This document shows, in pieces, positions 57,969 through 64,000 of a DNA stretch of 64,000 bases. A model generated the notes under the pieces. That model was not told the DNA's origin. It ran no database searches and saw nothing but the letters and a program-made list of their open reading frames with translations. The translations under genes and the position numbers were made by a program. The DNA lies in assembly GCA_042563095.1 (NCBI GenBank), contig JBHPMS010000001.1, positions 1 to 64,000 of the forward strand, given 5' to 3'. Each line of letters starts with the position of its first letter. The first letter of the stretch is position 1. The DNA is from Candidatus Margulisiibacteriota bacterium. GTDB lineage: Bacteria > Margulisbacteria > WOR-1 > XYC2-FULL-46-14.

Positions 57969-58172
57969 CTATTCACCTCCTTGCCCCGAGCGAGTGGCTT
58001 TTAATAAAAAAAGCCAAGGTTAATCAAAACCTTAGCCTGGTAAACTGTTAAATATATATAATGTATGCCTGAAACCGATTCAATTGAACAACAAACTCCT
58101 TCGAAATACTACTAAATAATAGCAAAAAAATGGCCAGTTGTCAATCTGACTAATTTTAGCTAGAATTGATAA

Positions 58173-58907
58173 ATGGAAAATGTTTCGGCCATTGTTTTAG
58201 CTGCCGGTAAGGGTGTGCGGATGAAATCGGAGCTCCCCAAAGTGATGCACCCACTATTGGGCAAGCCGCTTTTAGCCTATGTTATTGAAACGCTCCATTA
58301 TTTTAACATATCAAGTATCCATGTTGTGGTTGGGTATAAAAAAGAGCTAATTGAAAACCAATTTGCTTCAGCTGGCGTAGATTTTATTTGGCAGCAAGAG
58401 CAGCTGGGTACCGGGCATGCGGTTTTGCAGGCGGAAGAAGCCTTCAACCAGAAAAAAACAGAGACGGTTTTAGTTTTGGCTGGAGATGTTCCACTTTTAA
58501 AAGCTGAAACACTCAAAGCACTGGTTGATTTTCATAACCAACACAATTCTGCAGCAACTGACTTAACTGCAATCATGCCGGATGCTGGCAATTACGGAAG
58601 AGTAATTCGAGATCGGGATGGGCATATTTTAAAGATAGTAGAAAAAAAAGATGCAACAGAGGATGAGTTAAAAATAAAAGAGATCAACACCGGTACTTTC
58701 TGTTTTAATGCCGCCAAACTTTTTGCGGCTTTAAAAGAAGTAAGATCAGAAAATGCACAGGGTGAATATTATTTAACCGATACGATTGAAATCCTAAAAA
58801 AGCAGGGCCACCCGGTTTTTGCCTTCGCCGCCCCGGATTATAAGGAAACTGTTGGGATAAATACCAAAGAACAACTGCTGGAACTAGAGAAAACACTCCA
58901 AAATTAA
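58173..58907 (+). CDS. sugar-phosphate nucleotidyltransferase (GlmU N-terminal-domain-like)
   Basis: AIVLAAGKGVRM G-rich loop and an LAGDVPLL block. The acetyltransferase hexapeptide domain is absent. Confidence 0.7.
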   Translation: MENVSAIVLAAGKGVRMKSELPKVMHPLLGKPLLAYVIETLHYFNISSIHVVVGYKKELIENQFASAGVDFIWQQEQLGTGHAVLQAEEAFNQKKTETVLVLAGDVPLLKAETLKALVDFHNQHNSAATDLTAIMPDAGNYGRVIRDRDGHILKIVEKKDATEDELKIKEINTGTFCFNAAKLFAALKEVRSENAQGEYYLTDTIEILKKQGHPVFAFAAPDYKETVGINTKEQLLELEKTLQN

Positions 58908-59016
58908 CGCACCAAAGATTGAGTGAAATTTTTCAAAAAGTAGCGCGAAGAAAAGGTGAGTAAATTGAGTGAAATATTTTGGAAGGATATAAGATAATAT
59001 TTTATAGAGGGAGCAA

Positions 59017-59472
59017 ATGAAAATACTTGGAAGTGTAATAAATACTTTGCAGAGATGTGTGCGATACTCGAAAATTACTGAGGGAAAAGATGTAAGAACA
59101 ACTATAAAAGATATGGGAATAACTCCAACCTTTACAACAGTTGGTATCATTAAGAGAATGGAGATAGAACAAAGGGATGGGCTTTATCAAATGTTAGAAT
59201 TAGTTGTTGCTGAAGTTGGAACGATCAATAAAGTGATATTACCTCCAATTCTAGATATTTTAGGTAATGCTAATAATCTTGAGCCAATGGATTTTATTGA
59301 GTATTGTACCACTGAAAGAATAGCGGAAATTACTAATGTGCTTTTTAGGAATAAGACTAGAACATTAGACCTTTCGAGCATAAAAAACTTTTTTGGTAGA
59401 TACAAAAGGAGCAACACTCCACCAACAGGTGTTAGTAACAGCAGCATTTCTGTAAGCTTAAGTGTCTTATAA
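59017..59472 (+). CDS. hypothetical protein
   Basis: ORF only. Confidence 0.35.
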   Translation: MKILGSVINTLQRCVRYSKITEGKDVRTTIKDMGITPTFTTVGIIKRMEIEQRDGLYQMLELVVAEVGTINKVILPPILDILGNANNLEPMDFIEYCTTERIAEITNVLFRNKTRTLDLSSIKNFFGRYKRSNTPPTGVSNSSISVSLSVL

Positions 59473-59557
59473 GATTTAAAAAAACTAAATTTCAAAGCCC
59501 CAAAAAATCCACTGAAATTACTCAAAATGCAACCAGAAATATATCTGGAGATATATT

Positions 59558-61750
59558 GTGGTAGTACGTAATGAAATAAGAACCAACAGAACACTCCTGC
59601 AGGGTGGGAATTGGAGGTTTTCAGATAATGTTGCAAGAGATTTAGCTGCAAGAGGTTTTTTTGCTCGTCGGAAATATTTAAACATATTAGCAAAAATATC
59701 TGAAGGTAAGTATTCTGCATTATTAAGCATTTTAGGTGAAATCTCACAATTTCGGTTCGCGCAGACAGAATTACTGGTTCCGAGTATAAGGATCATGGAA
59801 GAAGAATCCTTTCAGCTTATCCCTGCTTATTTTATTGAAGCCCATATTGATGGAGCAGTTTTAGATATACGCAATTTAAGAGGGATGCGGATTTTTTATA
59901 ATAGATTTATACATGCTTTAATGAAGCGGGAAGGAGCAGCTAGGCATGAAATGCCATTTAGTAGTATAAAATTTGGTGATTTAGTGCTGCAATTAAATTC
60001 ATTATTTGATCGGCTTGGGAGTATTCCAAATTCTACTCATAAACAATTGCTTGATTTATTAATAGATTCTGTTCGGATTGGTCAATTTAGTTGTGTTCCT
60101 TTTTTAAACATAAGGATTTTGGAGGGTGTTAGGGAAAATGATAAATGGATGGGAGAATTATTACATACTAGTACAAATTGGGGGCCATCTAAGTATGAAC
60201 AGAAGAGCACTGCAGAAACCACATTAAAGAGTATCTTAGAGTGGGAACCAATTAATAAACCGGTTAAGGTATGGCAGATAGATATGGCTGATCCAAAATC
60301 ATTTGAAAAAGAAGGTTTAGTTGTTGATTCAAAATCATTGCAAAATGATATGGAAAAAACTTATGGCCCGAAAGATCTTTTTATTATCCGAATTGCACTT
60401 GATGAGTCTAGCCATAGGCTTGTAATCTATAAACATAATTTAGTTAGTGCTGGTGTAAAAGAAATTCCACCAAGTTTTATTCCCGAGACCGGTCTGGAGC
60501 GGAGAGAATTTGATGTTCAAGTTAATAGACTTTATTATAACTTTGCAAGAAATTGGCGAGCAATAAGTGAATCAGGTTCAGTGGAGGCAAGAATCCAAGC
60601 TCCTTTTCAAAAAGCACCAGCGGTGCTACGAATAGCGCCAGACATTGATGAAAATACTTTGTTGTATAAAGGAAATAATCCTCCGAGAAATGCTGAAGAA
60701 AGTCATAATCTCATGAGTAAAATACTAGATGAAAAGGGAAAATTTCCAGGCGATTCTGATAAGCTCTATTTTGGAAATATGTATGAAAGGACCTTCTCTT
60801 TAGCAGGAAAACATACTGGGGCAGAACATTTCCCTTTAACAAGGAAAGGAGAAGATTTTTACGGAGAAATAATTACGCCGTCTTTGTACCTTGGTAAACG
60901 CAATGGAATTATCTTTGTTATTGATTTGATTATTCAAAGTGCTGGTTCTATTTATAAAAGTGGTCGAGTCTCATACCCAAAAAGACAATATTACGAAGAA
61001 AGATTTTATCTTTCAAAAATGGTTCCAATCATTAGGTATCAAGGTCAAGAGATTTCTTTTGCAGCAATCTCAGAATATACAGCAAAACTCCCACCAGAAT
61101 ATCAAGAACAAGCTATATATTATGCTTTTATACATTTTGTTATGACTATCCCAGAATTTCAAAGATTTGGGCTAACATCCCATTCAATCATAAAAGGGAT
61201 GTCTTCATTATTTGCTCTTTATCTTAGATCATCACAAAATAGAGGATACTTAATTAATAAAAAAGGTAAGCTTAAAAGGAACAGATGGCAGATGTGGGCT
61301 GCTTGTCATACCGGTAAAGCATTAGCATATTCAGGTTTTCAACGCTTTGGCGCTGTTCCAGAAGATAGCCACCCTATTGCTAGGGCTATTATTGAGGATG
61401 CTCATAGGAAGATATATCGAGAGAGTAGAAGAGGGGCATTGGAATTTCTTGAAGGAACACCTTACGCAAGGGATATCGGATGTTATCTTGAAAATGCACG
61501 CTATCGAATCGATGGGGATCAGGTACGTTTTTCTCCTCAAGAAGAAACCCATGTTAATCAAGCTGTCATGGATGAATTTTTACTTAATATTGGTGGAGTT
61601 GAGGGATTAAAAAGAGGGAATGGATTGCATTTGACTGGTTTGGTTGGACGTGGTGGTATTAACAAAGCTAAGAGCCGTGAAAAAGAGAGAGATGAAAAGG
61701 ATTGGGGAACTAGATTTGCTAAATGGGTAAAGAGACGAGCAGGGAAATAA
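59558..61750 (+). CDS. hypothetical 730-aa protein
   Basis: Long ORF with no recognisable motif. Confidence 0.4.
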   Translation: MVVRNEIRTNRTLLQGGNWRFSDNVARDLAARGFFARRKYLNILAKISEGKYSALLSILGEISQFRFAQTELLVPSIRIMEEESFQLIPAYFIEAHIDGAVLDIRNLRGMRIFYNRFIHALMKREGAARHEMPFSSIKFGDLVLQLNSLFDRLGSIPNSTHKQLLDLLIDSVRIGQFSCVPFLNIRILEGVRENDKWMGELLHTSTNWGPSKYEQKSTAETTLKSILEWEPINKPVKVWQIDMADPKSFEKEGLVVDSKSLQNDMEKTYGPKDLFIIRIALDESSHRLVIYKHNLVSAGVKEIPPSFIPETGLERREFDVQVNRLYYNFARNWRAISESGSVEARIQAPFQKAPAVLRIAPDIDENTLLYKGNNPPRNAEESHNLMSKILDEKGKFPGDSDKLYFGNMYERTFSLAGKHTGAEHFPLTRKGEDFYGEIITPSLYLGKRNGIIFVIDLIIQSAGSIYKSGRVSYPKRQYYEERFYLSKMVPIIRYQGQEISFAAISEYTAKLPPEYQEQAIYYAFIHFVMTIPEFQRFGLTSHSIIKGMSSLFALYLRSSQNRGYLINKKGKLKRNRWQMWAACHTGKALAYSGFQRFGAVPEDSHPIARAIIEDAHRKIYRESRRGALEFLEGTPYARDIGCYLENARYRIDGDQVRFSPQEETHVNQAVMDEFLLNIGGVEGLKRGNGLHLTGLVGRGGINKAKSREKERDEKDWGTRFAKWVKRRAGK

Positions 61751-61812
61751 CATTGACTCCCATCAGCATGAGGAATATAATGCCAATGCTTGTTATTAAT
61801 TATTGGTGAAGG

Positions 61813-64000
61813 ATGAATAATAGTAAAAAGGTCAGCAGTTTTCTCTTAATATTAGTCTTTATTGCTTTTTTGATAATCATGTATGTGGTTGGTTCGTTAA
61901 AAATATTTTTCCCAATCGCTGTTGTAGCAGCCTGTTTATTTTTATCAACTATGGTAATTACTAAAAATCCATCAGCCAAAGCTAATCGGGCTTTTTTTGT
62001 ACTTGGATTGCTGGTTTCACTCTGGTCTTTTGGAATATTCGTTTCGGTGGAGAATGTCGATTTAGGATTCATATTTTTAATTAGTAAGATTAATTCTTTG
62101 ATTATCACTATCATGCCACTTTCATTTGTTTATTTTTGTTATTTTTTCCCTAAAGAAGAAAAAACACCCTCTATAAAAGAAAAAATATTATGGTTTTTAC
62201 CGGTGGTTGTATTTTTCTTGTTTATAAATATGAATTATATTGTTACTGGTGCAGAAAAAGTAAACAATAGAAATATTCTGTCATATGGTCCTTTATTTCT
62301 TCCCTGGTCAATATTCTTATTGTCTTTTTTTATTTATGGTTTTTACATCTTGTTCAAAAAACATCAAATATCTTCTGGTTTGTCAAAAATTCAAATCCGC
62401 TATATATTTTTGGCCTTTATCTCTGGTGTTATCCCACCTGTTTTAACCAATCTTATTCTTCCCCTGTTTGGAGTAGCAAGTCTTAGGTGGTTGGCTCCAA
62501 TATTTCCGATTGTTGCAATTGCGATAATGACAATAGCAATCCTAAAGCACAACCTCTTATCTATCGAAATAGTCATCCAAAAAGGCTTCATCTACACCGT
62601 AGCATCCGCACTGATCATAGGATCGTATACTTTAATCGTTATTATCTCTGAATCTTTCCTGCGCTCAACTTTAGGCTATTCATCAAATATTGTTACCGCA
62701 CTGTTTGTTTTTCTTGTGGCTGCAACCTTTCAACCGCTAATCCAATTCTTGCAGAAATTTACTGATAAAATCTTTTTCCGCCACAAGTATGATTACCAGC
62801 GCACACTGCGAGGTTTAAGCAGAGAAATTCTTACAAAAATAAAATTAGAAGAAGTAGTTAAGTTAGTTGGGTCTGCTTTTAGTGACATCATGCGGGTTTC
62901 TGAAATTGCTTTTCTGATGCTGGATAAAGATGGGCAAGCTTTTTGCCCGGCCGGAAATTGCTTTGACCCAAAAATGCGTATCGCAAAAAATTCAAAACTA
63001 GTTTCTTACCTTAACCGGGTGAAAAATATCTTGGTGATCGAAGAATTGCCCGCAGCAATCGCCCGGCATGAATCACTTCCTAAAACAGTTATACACCAAA
63101 CCGATCTATTAAAAGAAGTATTATCCGAAGTCGGGACTTATCGGTTTGTACTCTGGGTCCCGGTTATTTTAAGGGATGAAGTGATCGCAATTATTGCACT
63201 GGGTGAAAAAAAGTCACAGGATGTTTATAACGATGAAGACCTGCGGCTTTTAAATACAATTGCTAATCAGACCGCCCTGGCACTGGACAATGCCAGGCTC
63301 TATAGCGCAGTTCTGGACGTAAAAAATTATAACCAGGAGATCCTCGATTCGCTCTGGTACGGAATCATGACCACTGACCAGTCTGGCAAGATCAAGACCT
63401 TTAATCCAGCGATGGAAAAAATTACAGAGAGACAGGCCAAAGAGATAGCGGGCAAACATTATTTAGATGTATTCCCAGAAAAGAGTCCAATCGCAGACCT
63501 GATCAAAAAAACTCTGGACTTACATACTGCGCAAAATTCAGAGGCCAACCTGATCAGCAAAAAGCGGGGGATGATACCCGTTTTGATTTCGACCAGTATC
63601 ATGTATGATTCCCACTCCCAGAAGTATGGTGTGTTGTTGTCAATCAGGGACCTCAGCTCCCGCAAAGAGCTAGAGTATAAAGTCAGGCAGGCCGATAAAT
63701 TAAAAGCCCTCGGTACCATGTCGGCCGGCATGGCCCATGAAATCAAAAATCCGCTCTCATCTTTGCGCCTGATGACCCAGATGCTCCCCCTGAAATATGA
63801 TGACCCAGAATTTAGGCAGAAGATGCTAGAAATATTTCCGGTCGAAATTAGCCGGATCGACCGGATTGTTGAAGACCTGTTGCAGTTTGCAAAGAATACA
63901 GAAATGAAAATGGAAAAACTGGATCTCAACCAGATGATCAATAAGGTATTAGACGATTATAGGGGTCAGGCGAAAAACAATAAAATTGTGATAAAAAAAG
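61813..64000 (+). CDS. sensor histidine kinase with 7TM N-terminal domain, GAF and PAS domains, 3' partial
   Basis: Absent from the track because no stop falls inside the window. Seven or so transmembrane helices, a GAF block (VPVILRDEVIAIIALGEK...LDNARLY), PAS and H-box MAHEIKNPL. Confidence 0.8.
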   Translation, partial: MNNSKKVSSFLLILVFIAFLIIMYVVGSLKIFFPIAVVAACLFLSTMVITKNPSAKANRAFFVLGLLVSLWSFGIFVSVENVDLGFIFLISKINSLIITIMPLSFVYFCYFFPKEEKTPSIKEKILWFLPVVVFFLFINMNYIVTGAEKVNNRNILSYGPLFLPWSIFLLSFFIYGFYILFKKHQISSGLSKIQIRYIFLAFISGVIPPVLTNLILPLFGVASLRWLAPIFPIVAIAIMTIAILKHNLLSIEIVIQKGFIYTVASALIIGSYTLIVIISESFLRSTLGYSSNIVTALFVFLVAATFQPLIQFLQKFTDKIFFRHKYDYQRTLRGLSREILTKIKLEEVVKLVGSAFSDIMRVSEIAFLMLDKDGQAFCPAGNCFDPKMRIAKNSKLVSYLNRVKNILVIEELPAAIARHESLPKTVIHQTDLLKEVLSEVGTYRFVLWVPVILRDEVIAIIALGEKKSQDVYNDEDLRLLNTIANQTALALDNARLYSAVLDVKNYNQEILDSLWYGIMTTDQSGKIKTFNPAMEKITERQAKEIAGKHYLDVFPEKSPIADLIKKTLDLHTAQNSEANLISKKRGMIPVLISTSIMYDSHSQKYGVLLSIRDLSSRKELEYKVRQADKLKALGTMSAGMAHEIKNPLSSLRLMTQMLPLKYDDPEFRQKMLEIFPVEISRIDRIVEDLLQFAKNTEMKMEKLDLNQMINKVLDDYRGQAKNNKIVIKK

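Overview
This 64 kb window is a low-GC (roughly 38-40%) bacterial chromosomal segment with compact, frequently overlapping genes. The housekeeping backbone includes a Clp ATPase 3' fragment, radA, hisS, lemA with a DUF2207 gene, aspS, purA, queC, the dgt-dnaG-rpoD cluster, ppdK, mtnP, rsfS, an LCP-family gene, yqeK, and tRNA-Met, tRNA-Glu and tRNA-Ala. Five accessory regions interrupt it. (1) A 2.55 kb element next to tRNA-Met is bounded by 104 bp perfect inverted repeats; it carries a large serine recombinase and a GC-rich DprA-like gene. (2) A roughly 12 kb defence-like island (30.0-41.8 kb) encodes a 1751-aa protein combining an SF1B/Upf1-like helicase, a REase-like domain, a zinc ribbon and a WYL domain. 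It is followed by two Cas4/RecB-family PD-(D/E)xK nucleases, a J-domain protein, a DUF3800 protein and unknown genes, separated by repeated promoter plus hairpin/mini-ORF elements. I do not recognise this combination as a named system; it is the best candidate for something novel. (3) An hgcA-hgcB mercury-methylation pair. (4) A 2.2 kb islet at the 3' end of tRNA-Glu, flanked by an 11 bp direct repeat, containing an IS3 OrfA remnant and a Fic gene. (5) A Tlde1-like toxin fragment with a candidate immunity gene. Other points: a repeated hairpin family at gene ends, two genes that appear to use ATT start codons, and a BrnT-BrnA in-frame fusion. No CRISPR array or rRNA was seen. Domain calls were made by eye from motifs, without database searches.
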